DNA of 47,610 nucleotides from Alphaproteobacteria bacterium (GTDB lineage Bacteria; Pseudomonadota; Alphaproteobacteria; Rs-D84; SZUA-605). The notes beneath the pieces are model-generated. The model did not search any database. It saw only the letters and a list, made by a program, of their open reading frames with translations, and was not told the origin of the DNA. Location: the NCBI GenBank assembly GCA_003250835.1, contig QKJL01000031.1, positions 1-47,610 of the forward strand. Direction: 5' to 3'. Every line of letters starts with the position of its first letter. Within the stretch, counting starts at the first letter, position 1. Position numbers and translations under genes: made by a program. This document shows positions 26,701 to 35,467 of the stretch, one piece after another.

Positions 26701-27708
26701 TTGAAGAAAATCGTTTATTTAATGGCTATATGTGCTGTTTCAGTGTTTGGTGTATCATCAGGATATGCCGGATTGATTGATATGTTTGCTGCTGAAGGTG
26801 AGGGAGCAACGTACGCTGATGAACAGGCACCTTATGTTCCTCAATATGTGCAGGGAACTATTGTACAAGAACAAAAGTCTTATTATTTACCATATCATAT
26901 TAAGGAAACTAAGTCTGCGGTGCCTCATGTTGCGCCTCCTCCTGTTTTATGGGGTAAAGAAGAATTATATTATCCGTATCAGATTGAACCACATGCTCAA
27001 CGTAAGTTAATGGAATCTGGTATGGCTCAGGGTGCTCAGACTCTTATTCCAGGTGCAAGTCGTCCTGTTGTTGTATGTCGTAAGGCTGGATGTACTCGTT
27101 TGAATGATCAAATTACACGTCAGTTTTTATTTAATTCATTGTTGAATATCTTTTTAGTAAACAAAGGTACACGTGTTGATTTATGTGAAGCAGATCCAAA
27201 TTCACGTGCGTGTTTGTCTCAGGCTTTGCGTTTTGGTGGTAAAGTTGGTGCCGCACCAGCACTTATTCAAATTGATTCATTTACGCTGGCGGATGTTCGT
27301 TATTTGAAATCATCAGCTCGTTTGGATGTTTATTTGTTATATAATATGTATGTTAATGGTGTAAAAGCTCAATGTAATGGTGCTTTTACTTCTGTTGAAG
27401 CTGTGTCAGCAGAACAAATTTTGATGCGTGATCGTCAATATAATTGTTCTTTGACATCAGGTGTTCCTACATCAGCGTTTAGTTTATATAATATTGATTA
27501 TATTGATTTGGATTATGGGTTAATTGGTGCTTATTATTCAATTGGGTTGTCTGGGGAATCAGCAGCTGGTGGAAATGGTTACGTTATGATGAAATTCTTC
27601 CGTGACGGTCAAATTCAACCACTTAGTTCAGATGCTCATATGTATGATAAGACATATGATGATTACAGTATTCCTCCGGGAGAATATGAAGTAAAGCCAG
27701 TGAAATAA
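26701..27708 (+). CDS. Secreted hypothetical protein (335 aa, signal peptide, 7 Cys in the mature part)
   Basis: TTG start with a ggag SD 8 nt upstream. The signal peptide is LKKIVYLMAICAVSVFGVSSGYA/GL. I recognise no family. Confidence 0.65.
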   Translation: MKKIVYLMAICAVSVFGVSSGYAGLIDMFAAEGEGATYADEQAPYVPQYVQGTIVQEQKSYYLPYHIKETKSAVPHVAPPPVLWGKEELYYPYQIEPHAQRKLMESGMAQGAQTLIPGASRPVVVCRKAGCTRLNDQITRQFLFNSLLNIFLVNKGTRVDLCEADPNSRACLSQALRFGGKVGAAPALIQIDSFTLADVRYLKSSARLDVYLLYNMYVNGVKAQCNGAFTSVEAVSAEQILMRDRQYNCSLTSGVPTSAFSLYNIDYIDLDYGLIGAYYSIGLSGESAAGGNGYVMMKFFRDGQIQPLSSDAHMYDKTYDDYSIPPGEYEVKPVK

Positions 27709-27720
27709 TTTGTAACATAA

Positions 27721-27747
27721 AGTCCCCTGTTTTGGGGGCTTTTTTTA
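27721..27747 (+). terminator. Terminator after the secreted-protein gene
   Basis: An agtcccc/gggggct stem followed by 7 T. Confidence 0.75.
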
Positions 27748-27782
27748 TTTACTTTTTTATTTGGTGTGTTACACTTTTTTTT

Positions 27783-28469
27783 ATGGTATTAGATAAATCT
27801 ATTTTGTTGATTGATGATGATCCGCGCTTACTTACTTTGTTGCGTAATTTTTTGACGCGTGAAGGGTTTAATGTGGTTACAGCGACGAATGGTCAGGAAG
27901 GTTTGGATCAATTGTCTGAACAATCATTTGATTTAATTGTGACGGATGTGATGATGCCTGAAATGGATGGACATTCTTTTTTAGAAGAAGTTCGTCGTTC
28001 TGGTTCAGAAATTCCTGTTTTAATGTTGACTGCACTTGGTGAAGTAGATGATCGTATTAAGGGATTATCTTTGGGAGCAGATGATTATTTGCCGAAACCT
28101 TTTGAACCAAAAGAATTATTATTACGTATTCACAATATTTTAAAACGTGTGGTTACTGTACCGACGTTACCTGTGATTACGTTTGGGGATTATTTATTTG
28201 ATATGGCAAATTTACAATTAACACGTCATAATACAGTTGTATATTTAACACCAGCTGAATCTGAAATTCTTCGTTTATTAGGCGAAACATTTCAAAAGCC
28301 AGTTTCTCGTGAAAAGATTGCGGATGCTTTACAAAGTGGTGGAGAGCGTTCAGTAGATGTGCAGGTTGTACGTTTACGTAAAAAGATTGAGGCTGATCCA
28401 TCAAAGCCTATATATTTAAAGACAATTCGTCATAAGGGATATGTATTAACAGGAGGTCCAGATGTTTAA
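27783..28469 (+). CDS. OmpR-family two-component response regulator
   Basis: The receiver domain has ILLIDDDPRLL, DLIVTDVMMPEMDG and GADDYLPKPFEPKELL. The winged-helix output domain has VDVQVVRLRKKIE and IRHKGYVL. I prefer the ATG at 27783 (MVLDKS). Confidence 0.88.
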   Translation: MVLDKSILLIDDDPRLLTLLRNFLTREGFNVVTATNGQEGLDQLSEQSFDLIVTDVMMPEMDGHSFLEEVRRSGSEIPVLMLTALGEVDDRIKGLSLGADDYLPKPFEPKELLLRIHNILKRVVTVPTLPVITFGDYLFDMANLQLTRHNTVVYLTPAESEILRLLGETFQKPVSREKIADALQSGGERSVDVQVVRLRKKIEADPSKPIYLKTIRHKGYVLTGGPDV

Positions 28470-29781
28470 ATTTTCATTGCGTCGTTTTTTTCCAAAGGGA
28501 TTATTAGGTCGTACCGTTGTATTGGTGTTTGTTCCTCTTTTGCTTTCTAATGTTTTAGTAGGGCAATTTTTCTATACACGTCATTTTGAAGATGTTGGAC
28601 GAGAAATGGCATTTGCTTTGGCATCGGAAGTATCAATTTTAGTTGATCAAGTAAATGAAAAACCAAGTTTGTCATATCTTGAGCTTTTTTCTCGTTATAG
28701 TAAATTGGGATTAGAGGTTCAGTTATTAGATGATTATCGTAAATGGGGTAATGTACAAGGATTGGAAGTTATTCAAACTCATTATTTACGTCATATTTTA
28801 CGTGATGTTGTGAAATATCCAACACGTGTGTTAGTTGAAGAAGATAAGAAATTATTATGGGTGTATGTAAAATTACCTCATGGTGTGTTGGAAATACAGT
28901 CTCCATTACGTCGTATTTATATGAGTACATTCCATATTTTCTTAGGCTGGTTGTTTGGTAGTTTGTTTTTAATTTTATTATTGGTGACACCATTTATTCG
29001 TGCACAAGTACGTTCGGTGCGTGCATTGGCAAAGGCTGCGGAACGTTTTGGACGTGGTGAAGATGTGCGTTATAAAGCGACAGGGGCAGAAGAAGTTCGT
29101 TTAGCTGGGCGTTCATTTTTAATTATGAAGCAACGTTTGAATCGTTTTATTCAAACTCGTACTGAAATGTTAACGGCTGTATCACATGATATTCGTACGC
29201 CACTTACTCGTATGCGTTTAACATTGGAAATGATGGAAGATGGTGAAGAAAAAGCTGGATTGTTGTCAGATATTTCTGATATGGAAAAAATGGTTAATGG
29301 GTATTTAGAATTTTCACGTGATACCAAACGTGAAGATTTAAGTGATGTTTATTTGAAAGAATTGTTGGATAAGGTTGTCCGTGATACCAAACGTCATACC
29401 GATAAGAATGTTCAATTGCATTATAAGGCAGGTGGTAAGTTGATGTCATTGCGTATCAATTCGATGGAACGTGCTTTGGTGAATATTCTTGAAAATGCGC
29501 GTCGTTATGCTAAGGATTCTATTGATGTATATGCTGTGGCACGTGATAATCGAGTCGAGATTATCATTGATGATGATGGAAAAGGTATTCCAGAGGCAAA
29601 ACGTGAAGATATGTTCCGTCCATTTGTACGTTTAGATCCATCTCGTAATTCATCAACAGGTGGTGTGGGACTTGGATTATCAATGGCAAAGAATACGATA
29701 GAGCTTCATGGTGGGCGTATTGAGTTACGTGATGTACCAAAGAAGAAGGGATTACGTGTATTTATAAGTCTTCCAATTTAA
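28462..29781 (+). CDS. EnvZ-like sensor histidine kinase
   Basis: The start overlaps the regulator stop by 8 nt. It has two TM segments, a HAMP-like region, an H-box AVSHDIRTPLTRMRL, an N-box NILENARRYA and a G-box DDDGKGIP...GGVGLGLS. Confidence 0.87.
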   Translation: MFKFSLRRFFPKGLLGRTVVLVFVPLLLSNVLVGQFFYTRHFEDVGREMAFALASEVSILVDQVNEKPSLSYLELFSRYSKLGLEVQLLDDYRKWGNVQGLEVIQTHYLRHILRDVVKYPTRVLVEEDKKLLWVYVKLPHGVLEIQSPLRRIYMSTFHIFLGWLFGSLFLILLLVTPFIRAQVRSVRALAKAAERFGRGEDVRYKATGAEEVRLAGRSFLIMKQRLNRFIQTRTEMLTAVSHDIRTPLTRMRLTLEMMEDGEEKAGLLSDISDMEKMVNGYLEFSRDTKREDLSDVYLKELLDKVVRDTKRHTDKNVQLHYKAGGKLMSLRINSMERALVNILENARRYAKDSIDVYAVARDNRVEIIIDDDGKGIPEAKREDMFRPFVRLDPSRNSSTGGVGLGLSMAKNTIELHGGRIELRDVPKKKGLRVFISLPI

Positions 29782-29787
29782 TAAAAA

Positions 29788-29805
29788 AGCCTCCTATTGG
29801 AGGCT
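29788..29805. terminator. Bidirectional terminator
   Basis: Hairpin agcctcc-tatt-ggaggct flanked by an A-run and a T-run, between convergent genes. Confidence 0.8.
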
Positions 29806-29808
29806 TTT

Positions 29809-31176
29809 TTATGATTGTTTTTCTTTATTGAATAATGCCATACAGATTAATAATCCGATTAAGGATGTTCCGGCAGGGATTAGTGAATTAATAAATTGGG
29901 CAAACATATCATTTACAAACATGTATGCATAAATTCCAATATTAATTACTGTACTTATTGCGATGGCACGATCTATTTTATTTGATTTTTTAATCCATCC
30001 CATGCCTGTTACCACGAAAATAGGGGCTAGAATATATACAAGGCTCATCATTGCAAAAATTAATTGTACGAGGTTTCCAATATATAGAGCAGCCACACTT
30101 GTTACAGCCAATAATGTTCCCATAATGATTTTAGACCAACGAATATATTGTTTACGATGTTTTTTGATATCATATTTTGTGAAATCTTCGAGGATTGTTG
30201 ATGAGAATAAATATGTAAATGTATCAAGCGTTGACATGGTGATTGCCATTACAACCACAGCTAAGTATGCGAGTACGTATTTTGATATTTGTTTTAATTC
30301 AAATAGTCGGAAGAATACGTTATTTGAATCTGGTTCTGTCATAAATGGTTTTACGCCCATTCCTACGAAAATTAAGCTGAGTGTCATGATTAGTAGGCAG
30401 ATTGGTGCCATTGGTACACTGCGTTGGATTGTTTTTTTATCTTTAGCGGAGAAGAGACGTTGCCAGGCATCAGCAGAGGCTAAGAAATAAATGACTCCCA
30501 CTCCAAAGAATGCAATACGGTCAATAAGAGGCATTCCATTGATTGTAGCGAAATTTGTGACATCAGCCATGCTTGGTGTGATGAAGATGGGTACGCAAAT
30601 CAATGATATAATAATGAAAAATTGAATTGTATCTGTTTTTACAACGGCGCCATATCCACCTGCTAATAAATAACAAGCCACCACAATTGCGGCGGAGACA
30701 ATGCCATAGATCGGTGAGATATCTGCGATTTTAGAAACAAGGTTTCCTGATACATACAGTTGCATTGATACTGCAACTAATGCGACGAGTGCAATTATAA
30801 TAGATGCGATATTTTTTGTTTGTTTTCCGATCACTGAATTAATCATTTGTCCAACGGTTACATAATTATTTTTTGCGGCAATTTCACGTACACGCGGACC
30901 AAATATTGCCATTAATGAAGCTGAGATTAATGCTCCACCAATGAAATAGAATACTCCTGCATATCCCAGTGCAAATCCAAACCCAATCCAGAGTACAATT
31001 CCAGAGCCATCTCGAAATGAAGAGGAGAGTGACGCAATTGTTGGGATAATTCCTACTTTTCGTGATCCAATAATAAAGTCATTTTCAGTTTCTGTTTTTT
31101 GTGCATAATATGCAATCCCCATAAGGATTAACATATATAATCCAATTCCTGATAATACGAGTGTTTCCATTGACAT
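29809..31176 (-). CDS. Sodium:solute symporter (SSS) family transporter
   Basis: The 455-aa protein has about 12-13 hydrophobic helices. Its N-terminal region LILMGIAYYAQKTETENDFIIGSRKVG...SFRDGSG is typical of PutP/PanF-type carriers. The substrate cannot be assigned. Confidence 0.75.
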   Translation of the reverse strand: MSMETLVLSGIGLYMLILMGIAYYAQKTETENDFIIGSRKVGIIPTIASLSSSFRDGSGIVLWIGFGFALGYAGVFYFIGGALISASLMAIFGPRVREIAAKNNYVTVGQMINSVIGKQTKNIASIIIALVALVAVSMQLYVSGNLVSKIADISPIYGIVSAAIVVACYLLAGGYGAVVKTDTIQFFIIISLICVPIFITPSMADVTNFATINGMPLIDRIAFFGVGVIYFLASADAWQRLFSAKDKKTIQRSVPMAPICLLIMTLSLIFVGMGVKPFMTEPDSNNVFFRLFELKQISKYVLAYLAVVVMAITMSTLDTFTYLFSSTILEDFTKYDIKKHRKQYIRWSKIIMGTLLAVTSVAALYIGNLVQLIFAMMSLVYILAPIFVVTGMGWIKKSNKIDRAIAISTVINIGIYAYMFVNDMFAQFINSLIPAGTSLIGLLICMALFNKEKQS

Positions 31177-31231
31177 GATTAAGCTCCTTCTTTTTTATGT
31201 ATTTTTAGTATAGAGACTTAATTTTTTAAAT

Positions 31232-31260
31232 GCAAAAAAAAAGCCTCTGAGTAGAGGCTT
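31232..31260 (-). terminator. Terminator after kdsA
   Basis: An aagcctct/agaggctt stem (31241-31260) preceded on the plus strand by 9 A (a T-run on the minus strand). Confidence 0.8.
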
Positions 31261-31265
31261 TTTAA

Positions 31266-32108
31266 TTATTTCATTTCCATAGGTGGACAAGCTTTTGCTA
31301 ATTCATCTATTTTTTTCAAATTCGTTAAGAATTCTTTTAACTGTGAAAGACGTACCATATTTGGTCCATCACATGGTGCAACTTCAGGTTCTTGGTGAAC
31401 TTCTAAAAAGATTGCTGCAATACCTTGGATCATTGCTGCACGTGCGATTGTTGGTACGAGTGAACGGTTTCCACCACTGCATGTTCCACCAGTTGATGGT
31501 GTTTGTACAGAATGTGTTGCGTCGATTACCACTGGATAACCCGTTTCTTTCATTTCATAGATGTTACGATAATCTACTACGTAATCTCCATATCCCATTA
31601 ACGTTCCACGTTCTGTCATTAATGTTTGTGTATTGCCAGAATCTTCCATAATTTTCGCAACGTTTTTCATTGTATGCGCTGCGAGAAATTGTGCTTTTTT
31701 CACGTTTACAGGTTTTCCTGTTTTAGCTGCTGCAATTAACAAATCTTGTTGACGCATTAAGAATGCTGGGATTTGTAATAAATCTACGTGAGGGGCTACT
31801 TTCGCCGCTTGTTCTGGTTGATGGATATCAGTGATACATGGAATTCCAAGTGTTTCACGAATTTCGTCAAATACAGGTAATCCACCTTCCATACCAATTC
31901 CACGGCCAGATGTGATTGATGAGCGATTTGCTTTATCAAATGATGATTTAAAGATATATGGAATTCCTAATTCATCAGTGATTTTTTTAATTTCAGTTGC
32001 CATCATGATTGCGTGTTCACGACTTTCCATTGCACATGGGCCTGCGATCAATACAAATGGTTTATCATTTGCGATTTCGATATTACCAACTTTTACAGTT
32101 TTTATCAT
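31266..32108 (-). CDS. kdsA: 2-dehydro-3-deoxyphosphooctonate (KDO-8-P) aldolase
   Basis: FVLIAGPCAMESREHA, PYIFKSSFDKANRSS, DLLQIPAFLMRQQDLL, VNVKKAQFLA and DATHSVQ. Confidence 0.93.
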   Translation of the reverse strand: MIKTVKVGNIEIANDKPFVLIAGPCAMESREHAIMMATEIKKITDELGIPYIFKSSFDKANRSSITSGRGIGMEGGLPVFDEIRETLGIPCITDIHQPEQAAKVAPHVDLLQIPAFLMRQQDLLIAAAKTGKPVNVKKAQFLAAHTMKNVAKIMEDSGNTQTLMTERGTLMGYGDYVVDYRNIYEMKETGYPVVIDATHSVQTPSTGGTCSGGNRSLVPTIARAAMIQGIAAIFLEVHQEPEVAPCDGPNMVRLSQLKEFLTNLKKIDELAKACPPMEMK

Positions 32109-32353
32109 AGCTTCTCCTTTATAATTATTTTTGTAACAATTTTATTTGCTTGTCAGTATATATTCAACCTTTTTTTTGTCAAGCTATTGAAATTTTAAAC
32201 CTTGATTTTCCTTGAGATCCCTTGTATGCTTGTTTTTTATGAGAACAATTATTTTTCAATATTGCCGAAAACACGGCTCATAAGTTTCAATTAGACGCTT
32301 TTATAGCGTCATCTTTCATTACATATTAATATATTAAAATATAGGACAATAAG

Positions 32354-33832
32354 ATGAGTGACAGTAATATAAACCAGCAGAAACAAGCTCGTTTAGATAA
32401 ATTAGAAAAATTAGAAGAATTAAATATTAATGCATATCCGCATATTTTTAAGCCTACACATAAGGCTGTTGATTTGCATAAGAAGTATGCTGATTTAGAA
32501 ATTGATACACAAACTGATGATGAAGTAATTGTTGCGGGACGTGTATATGCATATCGTAATTCTGGTATGTTTATGGATGTGCGTGATGAAAGTGGTAAGA
32601 TTCAAATTTTCTCATATAAAAAAGAATTATCAGAAGAACAACAAGCTATTATGAAAGGTCTTGGTGTAGGAGATTGGGTTGGTGTGAAGGGTAAAATCAC
32701 AACAACAAAAGCTGGGGAATTAACAGTACGCACATCTGAATTAACAATTCTTTCAAAAAATCTTTTACCATTACCAGAAAAATTTCATGGATTGAAAGAT
32801 ACTGAAATTCGTTATCGTCAACGTTATTTAGATCTTATTATGAATGAAGATAGTCGTGAAACATTGCGTCGTCGTTCGAAAATTTTAACCGAAATTCGTC
32901 GTTGGTTGGCGGATCGTGATTTTATGGAAGTGGAAACACCTATTTTGCATGATAAACAAACTGGTGCTGCTGCTAAACCATTTAAAACTCATCATAATTC
33001 TTTGGATATGGATATGATTTTGCGTATTGCACCTGAATTGTATTTGAAACGTTTGACTGTTGGTGGATTTGAAAAAATCTTTGAAATTGGTCGTATGTTC
33101 CGTAATGAAGGTATTGATACAACTCATAATCCTGAATTTACTATGATGGAACTTTATCAACATTATGCTGATTATAATGATATGATGGAATTGACTGAAA
33201 ATCTTTTGGCTCATTTAGCGAAAACAATTCATGGATCTTATAAAGTTCCATTCGCTGGGAAAGAAATTGATTTTACACCTCCATTCCGTCGTGCAACGAT
33301 GCTTGATCTAATTAAAGAGGAACTGGGTGTTGAAATTTCAATTGATTCAACTGTTGAAGAAGTTCGTGCTTTGGCTGAAAAATTAGATGGTGTTCATTTA
33401 GAGAAAAATATGAATTGGGGACAAATTATCGAAGAAATTTTTGAGCTTGTGGAGCCTAAGCTTATTCAACCTGTTCATGTAATGGATTATCCAAAAGATG
33501 TATCACCGCTTACTAAAGAGCATCGTGAACATCCTCGTTTAGTAGAACGTTTTGAAACACGTATTAATGGATGGGAAGTTTCTAATGCTTATTCAGAACT
33601 TTCTGATCCACGTGATCAACGTTCACGTATGGAAGCTCAAATGGCTCAACGTACAGGTGGGGATGATGAAGCTGAAGAATTGGATGAAGATTTTATTACA
33701 GCTTTGGAATATGGTATGCCGCCAACTGGAGGTCTTGGGATTGGTTTGGATCGTATTATTATGTTGTTAACTGGTAGTGAATCAATCAGAGATATTATTG
33801 CTTTTCCAACTCTTAAAAAACAAAATAAATAA
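32354..33832 (+). CDS. lysS: Lysyl-tRNA synthetase, class II
   Basis: It has an OB anticodon-binding N-domain and class II motifs: FMEVETPIL (motif 1), FRNEGIDTTHNPEFTMMELY (motif 2) and GGLGIGLDRIIMLL (motif 3). Confidence 0.95.
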   Translation: MSDSNINQQKQARLDKLEKLEELNINAYPHIFKPTHKAVDLHKKYADLEIDTQTDDEVIVAGRVYAYRNSGMFMDVRDESGKIQIFSYKKELSEEQQAIMKGLGVGDWVGVKGKITTTKAGELTVRTSELTILSKNLLPLPEKFHGLKDTEIRYRQRYLDLIMNEDSRETLRRRSKILTEIRRWLADRDFMEVETPILHDKQTGAAAKPFKTHHNSLDMDMILRIAPELYLKRLTVGGFEKIFEIGRMFRNEGIDTTHNPEFTMMELYQHYADYNDMMELTENLLAHLAKTIHGSYKVPFAGKEIDFTPPFRRATMLDLIKEELGVEISIDSTVEEVRALAEKLDGVHLEKNMNWGQIIEEIFELVEPKLIQPVHVMDYPKDVSPLTKEHREHPRLVERFETRINGWEVSNAYSELSDPRDQRSRMEAQMAQRTGGDDEAEELDEDFITALEYGMPPTGGLGIGLDRIIMLLTGSESIRDIIAFPTLKKQNK

Positions 33833-33836
33833 AAAA

Positions 33837-33857
33837 TCGGCCTTCGGGTCGTTTTTT
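33837..33857 (+). terminator. Terminator after lysS
   Basis: Hairpin cggcc-ttcg-ggtcg followed by 6 T. Confidence 0.7.
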
Positions 33858-33864
33858 ATTAGAT

Positions 33865-33892
33865 TTGACAAATTTTATTTTGTGTTTATAGT
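33865..33892 (+). promoter_or_regulatory. Promoter of the orphan ORF at 33930
   Basis: TTGACA (33865-33870), a 16-nt spacer, then TATAGT (33887-33892). Confidence 0.55.
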
Positions 33893-33929
33893 CAATATTT
33901 CTTAAGTAGTAATCATTAAATTTATTTAT

Positions 33930-34298
33930 ATGGCACGTGTACATCACAAATTTATTAATGGTATTTCTGTTACAGGAAATATGGTAGATGAAAGTTCATC
34001 TTCGGATGCCTCAGTTTGTATTGTTTGGAAAAAAGATGGTCAGGAATTGAAAACGATTTCAGGTTCGGGACAGAATTTTGGTCAGGCTCGTTATGAAGTT
34101 AGTATTGAAACAGTTTCCGTGAAGTTTAAGGAAACGGCTAAGGAGTATCGAACTTTATTGAATCAGTTTAATACGTTTTCATCTCAGCCTGAGGAACATT
34201 TTTATGGGAAGATTATGAATGGTGATAGGACAATGCTTTCTATTTACCATGATGAAGAGAATGGATTGTTTTTGATTGTTCAAATTGATCAGAAATAA
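33930..34298 (+). CDS. Hypothetical protein (122 aa), orphan
   Basis: The ORF is bracketed by its own promoter and a strong terminator, but it has no SD. I recognise no family. Confidence 0.45.
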   Translation: MARVHHKFINGISVTGNMVDESSSSDASVCIVWKKDGQELKTISGSGQNFGQARYEVSIETVSVKFKETAKEYRTLLNQFNTFSSQPEEHFYGKIMNGDRTMLSIYHDEENGLFLIVQIDQK

Positions 34299-34302
34299 AA
34301 AA

Positions 34303-34328
34303 AGCGACCAAGGAGGTCGCTTTTTTTG
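34303..34328. terminator. Bidirectional terminator (orphan ORF / rpsT)
   Basis: Hairpin agcgacc-aagga-ggtcgct flanked by an A-run and a T-run. Confidence 0.8.
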
Positions 34329-34343
34329 TTTTTCGATTGAAAT

Positions 34344-34607
34344 TTATTTCAATTTTTTAACAGCTTGTGATAAACGTGATGTTTTACGTGATGCTGTTGA
34401 TTTTGCGATGATTTTTTTAGAAACACCTTTTGCTAAAGCAGATTCTGCTTTTGCAAATGCTGTTTTTGCATCGTCTGATTTACCTTCAGTAATTAATTTT
34501 TCTACTTTTTTTACTAATGTACGCATTGCAGATAACAAACTTTTGTTACGAACACGGCGTGCTTCATTACGTACGATACGTTTTTTTGCAGATTTATGAT
34601 GAGCCAT
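34344..34607 (-). CDS. rpsT: 30S ribosomal protein S20
   Basis: MAHHKSAKKRIVRNEARRVRNKSLLSAMRT is a typical S20 N-terminus. A gaggaa SD is present. Confidence 0.95.
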   Translation of the reverse strand: MAHHKSAKKRIVRNEARRVRNKSLLSAMRTLVKKVEKLITEGKSDDAKTAFAKAESALAKGVSKKIIAKSTASRKTSRLSQAVKKLK

Positions 34608-34619
34608 AATTTATTCCTC

Positions 34620-35255
34620 TTATTCTTTGTTATCTTCAGTTGTTTCAGTTTCTTCGCCTTCAGTTGCTTCTGCATCTGCTGCTCCACCTGAAATACGAGG
34701 TGCGATCAATGTTGCAACTGTGAAGTTGATTTTGTCGTCAGCTAAACGAACACCTTCTGGTAATTCGATAGATTGAACGTGGATGTTTGCTCCAAATTCA
34801 AGACCAGTTAAGTCAACTGTTAATTCAGATGGTACGTTTGCGATTTTTGCAATGATATCAACTGTACGACGGATAACTGATAATGTTCCACCTTGTTTCA
34901 ATGCACGACAAGCAGATTGATTTAAGAAGTGAACAGGCACAGATAATTTGATTTCTTTCTTTTCATTTACACGTAAGAAGTCTGCATGTAATGGAGTGTC
35001 CTTTACAGGGTGCATTTGCACGTCTTGGCAGATACATTGTTCTTTTTTACCATCGATATCCATATCGAATACACGTGTTTTAAAACCTTTTTTGTGCATT
35101 TCTGCAACAAGTTCTTTTGGTTCCATTTGGAACATTGTAGGAGTCTTTTTATCACCGTATACCACGCCTGGGATCATTCCTTGACGACGGCATTCACGAG
35201 CGGCCCCTTTGCCAATCACGCTGCGAGCGCTTACTTTTAATGGTGTAGTTTCCAT
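34620..35255 (-). CDS. rplY: 50S ribosomal protein L25, Ctc (long) form
   Basis: GKGAARECRRQGMIPGVVYG and the following L25 fold region, plus an acidic C-terminal extension. I prefer the ATG at 35255 (METTPLKV) over the upstream track start. Confidence 0.9.
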   Translation of the reverse strand: METTPLKVSARSVIGKGAARECRRQGMIPGVVYGDKKTPTMFQMEPKELVAEMHKKGFKTRVFDMDIDGKKEQCICQDVQMHPVKDTPLHADFLRVNEKKEIKLSVPVHFLNQSACRALKQGGTLSVIRRTVDIIAKIANVPSELTVDLTGLEFGANIHVQSIELPEGVRLADDKINFTVATLIAPRISGGAADAEATEGEETETTEDNKE

Positions 35256-35323
35256 TGTTTTTTCCTTTTTTTTATTATTAATCCGTTCGTTGCCTCCAAG
35301 GGTGTCGACCGAACGTACGCGCA

Positions 35324-35352
35324 TTTATATACGATGTTATTTTTAAAAGCAA
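35324..35352 (-). promoter_or_regulatory. Promoter of rplY-rpsT
   Basis: Minus-strand TTGCTT (35352-35347), a 17-nt spacer, then TATAAA (35329-35324). Confidence 0.45.
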
Positions 35353-35467
35353 GGAAAATCGTCTTTTATTTGGATTTTATATTGACTTTTTTGAGGATTT
35401 GCGTATTTTTTTATCCGAAATTTATTATTATCGCTTTTATTATAATTTAAATATAAAAATTTTTTCT

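Noticed and set aside
32109-32353. T-box or other riboswitch leader upstream of lysS (and similarly leuS at 46373-46488)
   Set aside because: Only a small hairpin (gacgc-ttttata-gcgtc, 32296-32312) is present. I saw no specifier-loop/T-box sequence, no terminator/antiterminator pair, and the leaders are short and AT-rich.
34276-34599. 107-aa plus-strand ORF
   Set aside because: It is antisense to the unmistakable rpsT gene and spans the bidirectional terminator. It is spurious.
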